Source: Clostridia bacterium (GTDB taxonomy: Bacteria; Bacillota; Clostridia; UBA1212; DUPL01). Taken from it: DNA of 64,000 nt. The position numbers and the translations under genes are program-made. A model generated the notes under the pieces. That model was not told the DNA's origin, searched no databases, and saw only the letters and a program-made list of their open reading frames with translations. Shown here piece after piece: positions 8,603-17,845 of this stretch (positions are counted from its first letter, which is position 1; each line of letters opens with the position of its first letter). The DNA lies in the NCBI GenBank assembly GCA_050951325.1, contig JBMNIW010000012.1:224001-288000 (forward strand), written 5' to 3'.

Positions 8603-9727
8603 ATGACGATAGTACTTGTTATTGATGTTTTTGACCAAAAGAAAAATGGTACAACCATGTCGGCAAGGAGATTTACCGAGCTGTTAAGAGAAAGAGGACA
8701 CGAAGTAAGAGTAATATCGACGGGACAACCAGAAAAGGACAAATTCGTTGTTAAAACAGTAAGACCACCAATAATCAACACATTGTGTGAAAAACAAAGT
8801 TTTCAGTTTGCAAAAGCAGATAAAAAAGTTATTAGAGAAGCACTTAAAGGTGCGGATGTTGTTCACTTGTACATGGCTTTTCCATTGGAAATTAAAGCTT
8901 TAAGAGAAGCAAGGAAGATGGGAATACCCTGCACAGGAGCATTTCATATTCAGCCAGAGAATATAACGTACAATATTAATATGAAGAGAGCAGAGTGGCT
9001 GGCTTGGATTATTTATCGCCTGTTCAGACGATTCTACAATAAACTCGATCATGTGCACTGCCCATCGGAATTTATTGCAAGCCAGTTGAAAAAGCACAAA
9101 TACAAGGCAAAGCTGCACGTAATATCCAATGGAATAACAAAGGAGTTTGTGCCTGACAAGGAAGTCATGGAACAAAACAAAATCAAGAACAGAATTGACG
9201 TATTAATGATAGGAAGACTGTCACCCGAGAAAAGACAGGACCTGGCTATTGAGGCAGTAAAATTATCAAAATATTCTTCAAGAATTCATTTGCATTTTGC
9301 TGGTTTTGGTCCCATGGAAAAGGAGTATAAAAAGATGGCCTCCACTTTACATAATCCTGCCACCTTCAATTTCTACGACCAGAAGGATCTTATCAACCTC
9401 ATTCATAGCTGCGATTTGTATGTTCATACCTCTGAAATCGAGATAGAAGCCATTGCATGCATCGAAGCGATAAGCTGCGGACTTGTGCCTGTAATTGCAA
9501 ATTCCAAAAAATCAGCAGCAAAGCAGTTTGCACTGGACGAAAGAAGCTTGTTTGAGTCAGGCAATGCACAGGACCTGGCCGATAAAATAGATTATTGGAT
9601 AGAAAATCCTGATGAAAAGAAAAGAATGTCGGAAAAATATGTACTTTATTCGAGAAATTATGATATAAATAAGAGTATAGACAAAGCTGAAGCAATGTTT
9701 ATGGAGGCAATAAGAGATGCACGTTAA
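8603..9727 (+). CDS. GT4 glycosyltransferase (diacylglycerol glucosyltransferase-like)
   Basis: NGTTMSARRF, GRLSPEKRQD and EIEAIACIEAISCGL GT-B motifs; GGAGG RBS. Confidence 0.88.
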   Translation: MTIVLVIDVFDQKKNGTTMSARRFTELLRERGHEVRVISTGQPEKDKFVVKTVRPPIINTLCEKQSFQFAKADKKVIREALKGADVVHLYMAFPLEIKALREARKMGIPCTGAFHIQPENITYNINMKRAEWLAWIIYRLFRRFYNKLDHVHCPSEFIASQLKKHKYKAKLHVISNGITKEFVPDKEVMEQNKIKNRIDVLMIGRLSPEKRQDLAIEAVKLSKYSSRIHLHFAGFGPMEKEYKKMASTLHNPATFNFYDQKDLINLIHSCDLYVHTSEIEIEAIACIEAISCGLVPVIANSKKSAAKQFALDERSLFESGNAQDLADKIDYWIENPDEKKRMSEKYVLYSRNYDINKSIDKAEAMFMEAIRDAR

Positions 9728-10391
9728 GAAATGTATACACTTCATCCTTTACTATTTCATAGTCTTGCCATTACTCTATATCGTAAACTACATAGTTTTC
9801 GATCTTGAGGTGGAAGGAAGGGAAAATCTTAAGGGTATAAAAGGCGGGGTAGTTATTTGCAACCACATACATACTCTTGACTGTACGATGATAGGAATTG
9901 CTGCCTTTCCAAGAAGAGCAACACTGGTATCTCAAAAAGAAAACTTTGAAATACCTGTTGCAGGCTGGTTTGTAAAGCACTTAGGAAGTCTGTCTACAGG
10001 AAAGGGATACAGGGAAAAGAAGAGCTTTTACAAAAAAGCGATCAACACTTTGAAAAACGAAAAACTTGTTTGTATTTATCCTGAAGGAGAGCTTGAACCT
10101 TACTGCAAGTACATACGCGAATTCAAGAAAGGTGCCTTTTTGATAGCAGCAAAAACAAACAGCCCGATTATACCGATGCGCATCATGATGAGGCCTTGCA
10201 CAGGATTAAGAAGGATATACAGGAGAAAACCTTTGTTTAGCATACACATAGAAAAGCCTATCTATCCCAAAGGAAACACTATGTATGAAAAATCACAATA
10301 TCTGTATATTGAATCCTTAAAAGCCATGGACAAAATTGTTGAACAAAGCTATACCGCTGACAATCTCATAAGAGAAGAAAGACCCGTATGA
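9717..10391 (+). CDS. Lysophospholipid acyltransferase (PlsC family)
   Basis: NHIHTLD (HX4D), YPEG and FKKGAF motifs; overlaps the glycosyltransferase stop. Confidence 0.88.
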   Translation: MHVKKCIHFILYYFIVLPLLYIVNYIVFDLEVEGRENLKGIKGGVVICNHIHTLDCTMIGIAAFPRRATLVSQKENFEIPVAGWFVKHLGSLSTGKGYREKKSFYKKAINTLKNEKLVCIYPEGELEPYCKYIREFKKGAFLIAAKTNSPIIPMRIMMRPCTGLRRIYRRKPLFSIHIEKPIYPKGNTMYEKSQYLYIESLKAMDKIVEQSYTADNLIREERPV

Positions 10392-10416
10392 TTAAAAACT
10401 ATGGAGGGAACATGCA

Positions 10417-11733
10417 ATGAAATACAACGTGGTATTTGTGTTCTCGGATCAGCACAGGTTACAGGCAACAGGATATGCAGGAGATCCGAATGTAAACACA
10501 CCAAACATGGACAGGCTAAGGGAAATAGGAACCGACTTCCTCTATGCAATATCAAACTGTCCTGTATGCAGCCCAAATAGGGCCAGCCTGATAACCGGAC
10601 AGTATCCGCTAACCCATAGAGTGGTTTTTAACGATGTGACCTTGTCACCAGACGCTACAAGCATTGCTCATGCATTTAAAAATTCCGGCTATGATACTGC
10701 ATATATTGGAAAATGGCATCTAAACGGAAAAGGAAGAAGCTCATATATTCCACCGGAAGAAAGACTGGGTTTTGATTTCTGGAGAGTACTGGAATGTACC
10801 CATAACTACAACAACTCCTTCTTTTACGGAGATGACGATGTGAGAAGGAAATGGGAAGGCTATGACGTTTTTGCCCAGACCAATTGTGCAATTGAGTATA
10901 TAAAGGAACAGAGGAAAAAGGACAAACCTTTCTTCCTAATGCTGTCCTGGGGACCTCCCCACGACCCATATAATATAGCACCAAGTGAATACAGGAAAAG
11001 ATTCAAGGACAAGGAACTTGATTTAAGACCAAATGTGCCTGTGTATACAAAACCTTATGTGTTAAGAAATCTTCCTGGATACTATGCTCATGTTGAGGCT
11101 ATAGATGACGCTCTTGGCAAACTTATGGACGTTATTGATGACAACACCATTTTCGTTTATACCTCCGACCATGGCGACATGCTTGGCTCGCAGGGACTTG
11201 GTAAGAAGCAAAAGCCTTATGATGAAAGCATACGCATACCTTTCCTTATGAAACTACCGGGTGAAAGCATAAAAAGCTTTGATGAGATGTTCAATACCCC
11301 GGATATTGCACCTACTTTGCTTGGTTTGTGCGGTATTGAGGTACCCAAAACCATGGAAGGCAGAGACTTGTCGGAAGTAATTAGAGGAAGGAAGAAAGTA
11401 GAGGAAACAGCCGCATTTATTATGAACATTGCCCCTTTTGGTGAGTATGCAAGATGTTTTGGAGGAAGGGAATGGAGGGGGCTTAGGACAAAACGCCATA
11501 CCTATGTCATTTCAAAAGCAGGACCCTGGCTTTTGTTTGATAACAAAAAAGATCCATACCAGCTTAATAATTTGATTGAGAGCGAGGATTACAGACAAAT
11601 CAGGGAAGAGCTGCATGAGGAACTTCTAAAAGTTATGGAGGAAAGAAACGATGATTTTCTGTTTGGAGATGAATATGCAGAAATGTGGGGATACAATCTT
11701 GATGATAACGGCACTGTGATCTATAACTGGTAA
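10417..11733 (+). CDS. Cys-type sulfatase
   Basis: FSDQHR, CSPNRASLITG (CxPxR), GKWHL and TSDHGD motifs. Confidence 0.93.
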   Translation: MKYNVVFVFSDQHRLQATGYAGDPNVNTPNMDRLREIGTDFLYAISNCPVCSPNRASLITGQYPLTHRVVFNDVTLSPDATSIAHAFKNSGYDTAYIGKWHLNGKGRSSYIPPEERLGFDFWRVLECTHNYNNSFFYGDDDVRRKWEGYDVFAQTNCAIEYIKEQRKKDKPFFLMLSWGPPHDPYNIAPSEYRKRFKDKELDLRPNVPVYTKPYVLRNLPGYYAHVEAIDDALGKLMDVIDDNTIFVYTSDHGDMLGSQGLGKKQKPYDESIRIPFLMKLPGESIKSFDEMFNTPDIAPTLLGLCGIEVPKTMEGRDLSEVIRGRKKVEETAAFIMNIAPFGEYARCFGGREWRGLRTKRHTYVISKAGPWLLFDNKKDPYQLNNLIESEDYRQIREELHEELLKVMEERNDDFLFGDEYAEMWGYNLDDNGTVIYNW

Positions 11734-11753
11734 AAAAAATTTTTTAAACCCTA

Positions 11754-11812
11754 TTGACATTTGATAGGGTTTTATTTATACTAATTTTAGTTAATCACTC
11801 AACTAACTAACC
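11754..11812 (+). promoter_or_regulatory. sigmaA promoter with YtrA-type operator
   Basis: TTGACA-17 bp-TATACT followed by the dyad TTAGTTA-atcactcaac-TAACTAA, upstream of the GntR gene. Confidence 0.65.
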
Positions 11813-11843
11813 AGTATTCTAATGAGCCAGAAAGGAGGAACTT

Positions 11844-12215
11844 ATGTTTATCGAATTTTCAGATGAAAAGCCAATCTTTATACAGATAGCGGAGTGGATT
11901 GAGGATGCAATTCTTGCAGGCAGATACGAGGAAGAACAACAGATACCTTCAATCACGGAATTTTCAGTGGCATGCAAGATAAATCCAGCTACTGCATTGA
12001 AAGGTATAAACCTGTTGGTGGATGATGGAATTTTATACAAGAAAAGGGGGCTAGGCATGTTTGTTGCAAATGGAGCGCATGAAAAATTAAGAACAAAGCG
12101 CAAAGAACTGTTTTACGAAAACTATGTCATCAGCCTTGTTAAAGAGGCAAAGAGAATCAATATTGATAAAAACGATATAATGAAAATGATAGAAAGAGGG
12201 TTTGAAAATGATTGA
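11844..12215 (+). CDS. GntR/YtrA-family transcriptional regulator
   Basis: PIFIQIAEWIE, INPATALK and KRGLGMFV; short C-terminus; precedes ABC genes. Confidence 0.92.
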   Translation: MFIEFSDEKPIFIQIAEWIEDAILAGRYEEEQQIPSITEFSVACKINPATALKGINLLVDDGILYKKRGLGMFVANGAHEKLRTKRKELFYENYVISLVKEAKRINIDKNDIMKMIERGFEND

Positions 12216-13059
12216 GATTAAGAGTTTAACCAAAGATTATAAAAATGTAAGAGCTCTTGACAATGTTACATTGACATTTGAAGAGAACAAAATATATGGA
12301 CTTTTGGGAAGAAACGGAGTTGGCAAGTCCACACTGTTGAACATAATTACAGATAAAGTGTTTCCAAGCCAGGGAGAAGTATTGGTAGATGGGGAAAAAG
12401 TTTCAAACAACGACGAAGTTCTCGGAAAGATGTTCTTGATGAATGAAAAGAACTACTATCCAGAGAGCATGAAGGTGTATGAGATATTCAACTGGACGAA
12501 TGAGTTCTATCCTGACTTTGACTTGGTCAGTGCTTTTGAACTGGCAGACAAATTCAAGCTTAATACAAAAAGCAAGGTTAAAGCCCTCTCCACTGGATAC
12601 GCATCAATTTTCAAGGCAATAGTTGCTCTTTGCTCTAATACAAAATATATATTGCTTGACGAGCCGGTTTTGGGACTTGATGCAAACCACAGGGATTTAC
12701 TTTACAAAGTCATACTGGACAGATACGCAAACAACCCAAAAACAATAATCATTTCCACCCATTTAATTGAAGAAGTGTCCAGTGTTATTGAAGAGATCGT
12801 TATTATCCACAATGGAAAAGTCCTTTTGCAGGATTCCTGCGAAAATGTTCTATCCTCCGGATACACCATAACAGGAAAAATCCAGGACGTAGATGAGTAT
12901 ATAGATGGGAAGGATGTAATCAGCACTGAAACCTTTGGAGGTCTCAAGAATGCGTATGTTAAAGGAAAACCGCAAAATGTACCGAGCAGCCTGGAAGTTT
13001 CTAAACTTGACCTGCAAAAACTCTTCATCCAACTAACAAACGATAAGGAGGGAATCTAA
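12208..13059 (+). CDS. ABC transporter ATP-binding protein
   Basis: GRNGVGKST, LSTG, LLDEPVLGLD and STH motifs. Confidence 0.93.
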   Translation: MIEIKSLTKDYKNVRALDNVTLTFEENKIYGLLGRNGVGKSTLLNIITDKVFPSQGEVLVDGEKVSNNDEVLGKMFLMNEKNYYPESMKVYEIFNWTNEFYPDFDLVSAFELADKFKLNTKSKVKALSTGYASIFKAIVALCSNTKYILLDEPVLGLDANHRDLLYKVILDRYANNPKTIIISTHLIEEVSSVIEEIVIIHNGKVLLQDSCENVLSSGYTITGKIQDVDEYIDGKDVISTETFGGLKNAYVKGKPQNVPSSLEVSKLDLQKLFIQLTNDKEGI

Positions 13060-13803
13060 ATGAGAAACAAAACGAAAGCCGTTTACAAATACAATATTAC
13101 GACCAGTGCAAGACCCCTGGGCATTTATTATTTCATAGTACTTATGATTATCATATCCTTTGCAATTATCGCTCTTATTTCAAGCGGAAACACACATGTT
13201 TCAGGTATTGAGTTTGCAACAGTTATATTTTTGTTAGTCTTGGCACTGGCAGACTTTAGGGAGAATTTTGAAGCACTAAACCAATACGGTTTGAGCAGAA
13301 AGTCCATATATGTGGGAAAAGTGCTTGCCTTTGGTTCGCTTGCACTGGCTGCCGCTTTTATTGACAGACTTCTGGTAATTGCTGTGGAAAAAATAACTTC
13401 TCCAATGGAAAACTTTCTTTTTGGAAGCTTTTTCACCACAATGTATGAAACCAGCTTTGCCAAATTAAATTTTTGGTCCGAGAACCTGCTGGCACTCCTC
13501 CTGTCCTTCTCTGCATATCTTGCGCTATTGTCTTCCGGAACATTTATATCTGCAGTTTTCTACAGATCCAACCGTATCGGTAAAATTGCAATTGCTGCAG
13601 GAATACCCATATTTATCTTTGTAGCCGTACCGGTCATTGGAGCTTATATCTACACCTCCAAGTTGGCCAAAGTGTTTACGAAATTGTTGGAAATCTCGCT
13701 GTCGACTCCTGCAAGAGCTTCAGTTTCCTTTTTACTCGGTGCAATTATTTTCGGTGTAATAACCTATCCTATTGTTATGAGGACTACTTTGAAAGGAAAG
13801 TAA
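13060..13803 (+). CDS. ABC-2 type permease
   Basis: About 6 TM helices, GLSRK motif; translationally coupled to the ATPase. Confidence 0.8.
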   Translation: MRNKTKAVYKYNITTSARPLGIYYFIVLMIIISFAIIALISSGNTHVSGIEFATVIFLLVLALADFRENFEALNQYGLSRKSIYVGKVLAFGSLALAAAFIDRLLVIAVEKITSPMENFLFGSFFTTMYETSFAKLNFWSENLLALLLSFSAYLALLSSGTFISAVFYRSNRIGKIAIAAGIPIFIFVAVPVIGAYIYTSKLAKVFTKLLEISLSTPARASVSFLLGAIIFGVITYPIVMRTTLKGK

Positions 13804-13812
13804 CAGACATTC

Positions 13813-13841
13813 AAGCCGCGCATTGCGCGGCTTCTTCTTTT
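13813..13841 (+). terminator. Intrinsic terminator
   Basis: AAGCCGCGC-att-GCGCGGCTT + CTTCTTTT. Confidence 0.8.
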
Positions 13842-13909
13842 CATTGACAATATTCTGGAATTATCCTATTATTATTTGACCCGAAATATTTACATTGGAA
13901 GGTTTTATA

Positions 13910-14842
13910 ATGAAACACGTTAATCTAAATTCAACTGATCTGGTAGTATCAGACGTATGTCTTGGAACTGGAAAATTTGGCAACAGCCTCGATGTAACTT
14001 CTAGCAAGCATCAACTTTCTCATTTCTTTTATTCTGGGTACAATTTTATTGATACCGCCCGGGTTTACGGAAACAGCGAAAGAGTAATCGGAGAGTGGCT
14101 TAAGGAGACCAATCTGCGTTCTTCCATTGTCATTGCTTCAAAGGGTGCACACCCGGATGTTGAATGGAATTCCAGAATGACGAGGGAAGATATACTATAT
14201 GATATTGAGACTAGTCTGACCACTTTGGGGACCGATTACATAGATTTGTACTTTCTGCACAGGGATGACAGAAACGTGCCCGTTCGCGAAATTATTGACA
14301 TGCTGGAAGATCTTTGCAACAGCGGAAAAGTACGCTACTATGGTTGTTCTAACTGGACACTGGATAGAATAATCGAGGCACAACAATATGCGAAAAAATC
14401 AGGCAGCAAGGGTTTTGTCTGCAACCAGGTTATGCTTTCTTTGACAAAAGCAAACAAGAATGTTTTTGATAAGATGGACATGATTCAGGCAGACAAGGAT
14501 ATGGTGGAATACCATGAGAACACCAACCTCACACTTATGTCGTATATGACTCTTGCAGGCGGATATTTTATAAAACTGATGGAAAAATCAGAAATACACG
14601 AAAACTACAAGATAATGTATGATAACGAAGAAAACCGCAAAACATTAATAGTAATGAAGGATTTATGCAAAAAATACGGCTACAGTCCACTGGAGCTTTT
14701 GCTACAGTATGTACTCGCAAGACCTTTCTGCTCAATACCTGTCATTTCTTTTTCAAGTATTGGACAAATGGATGAGGTTTTAAGGTTCAGTGAAAGCAGT
14801 TTTCAAAAGGAACACATCGATATGCTAGTAAAAATATTTTAG
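13910..14842 (+). CDS. Aldo/keto reductase
   Basis: CLGTG, IDTARVYG, ASKG, YIDLYFLHRDD and GCSNW motifs. Confidence 0.9.
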   Translation: MKHVNLNSTDLVVSDVCLGTGKFGNSLDVTSSKHQLSHFFYSGYNFIDTARVYGNSERVIGEWLKETNLRSSIVIASKGAHPDVEWNSRMTREDILYDIETSLTTLGTDYIDLYFLHRDDRNVPVREIIDMLEDLCNSGKVRYYGCSNWTLDRIIEAQQYAKKSGSKGFVCNQVMLSLTKANKNVFDKMDMIQADKDMVEYHENTNLTLMSYMTLAGGYFIKLMEKSEIHENYKIMYDNEENRKTLIVMKDLCKKYGYSPLELLLQYVLARPFCSIPVISFSSIGQMDEVLRFSESSFQKEHIDMLVKIF

Positions 14843-14864
14843 GATGAAATAAAGAAGGGTTTTT

Positions 14865-15380
14865 ATGGAGTTCAACATAGATGTATTTACAGACTACCTC
14901 GCAAAGTACGGAGTCATAACCATATTTATTGTCGTTTTTCTAGAGTACTTGAATCTGCCAGGGTTTCCTGCAGGTGTCATTATGCCCCTTTCAGGAATCT
15001 GGATCTATCAAGGAGGCATTAACTTTTTCTTTGCATATTCCGTATCCATACTGGCAGGTCTTTGCGGAAGCTGGGTTCTATACCTGATAGGTTTTTATGG
15101 TGGCTCGTTGGTTATAACGAAATATACAAACAGGTTCCCAAAACATAAAGAAAGGATAGAGAAGGTTATACATTCCATTGAAAGGAAAGGCTATTTGGGA
15201 GTTTTTATTGGAAAGCTGATTCCTGTTGCAAGGACCCTTGTTTCACTTCCTGCAGGCGCTCTAAGGCTCAACTTTTATAAATACACCATGGCTTCAGGTT
15301 TTGGTATTGCAATCTGGAACTTCGTTTTTATTGGCGCTGGGTATCTGTTTGGACAACCTGTTATTAATTTTCTTTCCTAG
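14865..15380 (+). CDS. DedA-family membrane protein
   Basis: FLEYLNLPGFPAG and GKLIPVARTLVSLPAG motifs. Confidence 0.88.
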   Translation: MEFNIDVFTDYLAKYGVITIFIVVFLEYLNLPGFPAGVIMPLSGIWIYQGGINFFFAYSVSILAGLCGSWVLYLIGFYGGSLVITKYTNRFPKHKERIEKVIHSIERKGYLGVFIGKLIPVARTLVSLPAGALRLNFYKYTMASGFGIAIWNFVFIGAGYLFGQPVINFLS

Positions 15381-15434
15381 TGTAATAAGTCCCATGTGTG
15401 GTATAATCAAGAAAATAAAAAAGGGAGGGGTTTT

Positions 15435-16403
15435 ATGTTAAATATTGCTCTAATTGGCACTTGGCATGTTCACTTTGATCAGTATGCAAGAGAAATCAAG
15501 GAAAATCCAAACTGCGAGATTTACGGCATCTGGGATCCGGATAAAAGCAAGGCCGAGGAAAAAGCAAAAGAGTATGGAACTTTCGCATTTGATAATCTTG
15601 ATGATGCTTTGGAATCTGCTGATGTGGACGGTATCGTAATTTCCACCGCCACAAACATGCACACTGATATTATAATCAAGGCTGCCGAGAATAAGAAACA
15701 TATTTTTACTGAAAAAGTCTTGTGCTTTACCGTCGGAGAGGCGAAAAGAATTAGGGAAAGCGTAAAAAGAAACAACATAAAATTCTGTATTTCCTATCCA
15801 TGGCGCACACGCAGCGACTTTCTATGGATAAAAGAAGCTATGGATAATAAACTTATAGGGGATGTTACATATTTAAGGATAAGAAACTGCCATGATGGAG
15901 CTTCTACAGGATGGCTGCCTCCACATTTCTTTGACCTGGAAGAGTGCGGTGGCGGCGCAATGATGGACCTGGGTGCACATCCCATGTATCTCATCCGCTG
16001 GCTTTTGGGAAGACCAAAATCAATCACATCCACTTTTACAAAAGTAACAGGAAAAGAAGTGGAAGACAATGCAGTGTCAGTACTTGAGTATGAAGATGGC
16101 GCTATAGCTGTAAGCGAGACGGGATTCGTTTCATCCCACAATCCATTTTCATTTGAAGCCAGTGGTACAAAGGGAACAATATACGCAGGCGGTTACACGA
16201 ACAATTGCGTATACAACATTGGAGAGGGCTGGGTAGAACCCGAACTTAAAGAGCCTCTGCCCATACCTAGTACTATGTGGATTGATGGTATTATAGACGA
16301 CCTTGAGATTCCATTTGACATTGACAGTGCGTATGATCTGACCGAACTGATGGATTATGCATACAAGTCTTATGAAAGTGGTACCAAAGTTAATCTATAT
16401 TAA
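15435..16403 (+). CDS. Gfo/Idh/MocA oxidoreductase
   Basis: HIFTEK and GGGAMMDLGAH motifs; Rossmann N-terminus. Confidence 0.9.
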   Translation: MLNIALIGTWHVHFDQYAREIKENPNCEIYGIWDPDKSKAEEKAKEYGTFAFDNLDDALESADVDGIVISTATNMHTDIIIKAAENKKHIFTEKVLCFTVGEAKRIRESVKRNNIKFCISYPWRTRSDFLWIKEAMDNKLIGDVTYLRIRNCHDGASTGWLPPHFFDLEECGGGAMMDLGAHPMYLIRWLLGRPKSITSTFTKVTGKEVEDNAVSVLEYEDGAIAVSETGFVSSHNPFSFEASGTKGTIYAGGYTNNCVYNIGEGWVEPELKEPLPIPSTMWIDGIIDDLEIPFDIDSAYDLTELMDYAYKSYESGTKVNLY

Positions 16404-16466
16404 TGTACACAATGCATTAATTTGTAACTAATTTATTTTGTATTTACAAAGAGGAGGAATGTATTT

Positions 16467-16903
16467 ATGATATGCAATAATTGCGGCACCGCCAACAATG
16501 AAGACGCTAAGTTCTGTAAGAACTGCGGAAACAACCTGGCACAGGGCGAAACTACACAACCAGAACAAACAACCCAACAAGCCCACATCAAACTCAAACT
16601 CAAACTCAGCTCGAACAGCATATCCAGTATGTAACCCCAGAAAAAATGCCACGGGTGGAAAATTATCTGGTCTTCTCGATTCTCGTTACACTACTTTGCT
16701 GTCTGCCTTTAGGTATTGCAGCAATTATCAAGTCCAGCCAGGTGGATAAGGAACTTGCCATAGGTAACTACGAGGGAGCTTTGGCAGCATCCAAACAGGC
16801 AAAGACTTTCAACTTGATAGGAGTAATATCCGGAGGAGTGTTTGTACTTATATGGGTAGTTGTTACTTTTATATTGCCTTTATTACTGGCTTTTGGCCTC
16901 TAA
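16467..16903 (+). pseudogene. Zinc-ribbon + CD225/dispanin protein, copy 1, split by a 1-bp frameshift
   Basis: GAGGAGG RBS, then ATG 16467 MICNNCG...FCKNCG (stop 16632-16634). The alternative frame reads HQTQTQTQLEQHIQYVTPEK into MPRVENYLVFSILVTLLCCLPLGIAAIIKSSQV (CD225 CCLP motif). One base is missing near 16581-16588. Confidence 0.8.
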
Positions 16904-17039
16904 TTTCATATTTGTTTTTTGTATATTAAAACTAGCGGGTTTTACACCTTCTAGTTTTTAACTATTCATAATTGACTTTTTCTGTTATAACCTCTACAAT
17001 CAAGGATACATGTATATATATTTTTCAGGAGGACAAGAC

Positions 17040-17417
17040 ATGGTATGTAAAGCTTGTGGCCATATCAATCAAGACAATATGGCGAAATTTTGTTCAGCAT
17101 GCGGAAACGAACTTCAGCAAGAATCACAAAACACCGTTTATCAGGAAAGTGTATATTACCAGCCACCACCACAAAGAGTGCCAAACTATCTGATTTTTTC
17201 AATACTTACAACAGTATTTTGCTGTCTGCCCATAGGTATTGCAGCAATTATCAAATCAAGCCAGGTGGATAAGAAAGTAGCTATAGGTGAATACGATGAA
17301 GCAATAAAGATGTCCCAACAGGCAAAAACCTTGAGCATACTGTCCGTCATTCTTGGTGTAGTATTTGTCATTTTCTATATAATTATTATTGCAATAACAA
17401 GTACGGCATTAAGGTAA
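17040..17417 (+). CDS. Zinc-ribbon + CD225/dispanin (IFITM-like) protein, copy 2
   Basis: CKACG...FCSACG ribbon, Q/P linker, PNYLIFSILTTVFCCLPIGIAAIIKSSQV...GEYDEA; AGGAGG RBS. Confidence 0.9.
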   Translation: MVCKACGHINQDNMAKFCSACGNELQQESQNTVYQESVYYQPPPQRVPNYLIFSILTTVFCCLPIGIAAIIKSSQVDKKVAIGEYDEAIKMSQQAKTLSILSVILGVVFVIFYIIIIAITSTALR

Positions 17418-17423
17418 GCGAAA

Positions 17424-17834
17424 GTGATTTCCATAAAGAAAAGAACTGTCATAATACTTTTGACCTCCGCAGCAACAGCGTTCTTGGTTCTTCTATATTT
17501 CTTTGAACCTGTAAAAGGGGGAATATTTCCACCCTGTCCTTTCAATTACCTTACCGGTCTGTACTGCCCCGGATGCGGTTCATTGAGAGGACTCCACTCA
17601 TTACTACATGGAAATTTCCTGAAAGCCATGGATCACAACATTCTGATGGTGCTCTCTTTGCCATTGGTCTTTTATCTATATCTGATGGAGCTTGATCTGT
17701 ATATAAATGGAATGCCGCTTATAAAAAAGCGGCATTTTGGTAAAACCTTTTACACAATCATCATAACAGTAATTGTAGCTTATTGGATATTGAGAAATAT
17801 AAACGCTTACCCATTCATCATATTGGCACCGTGA
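17424..17834 (+). CDS. DUF2752 membrane protein
   Basis: PPCPFNYLTGLYCPGCGSLRGLHSLLHG...HN signature and WILRN. Confidence 0.88.
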   Translation: MISIKKRTVIILLTSAATAFLVLLYFFEPVKGGIFPPCPFNYLTGLYCPGCGSLRGLHSLLHGNFLKAMDHNILMVLSLPLVFYLYLMELDLYINGMPLIKKRHFGKTFYTIIITVIVAYWILRNINAYPFIILAP

Positions 17835-17845
17835 CAGGTACTTTT

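Noticed and set aside
8603-10391. Glycosyltransferase as a pilin-glycosylation enzyme
   Set aside because: Coupling to a PlsC-type acyltransferase and its motifs fit membrane glycolipid synthesis better; proximity to pilA may be incidental.
16697-17277. Near-identical segments as a DGR template/variable repeat pair
   Set aside because: Differences are not adenine-specific, both copies are coding paralogs, and no reverse transcriptase is present.
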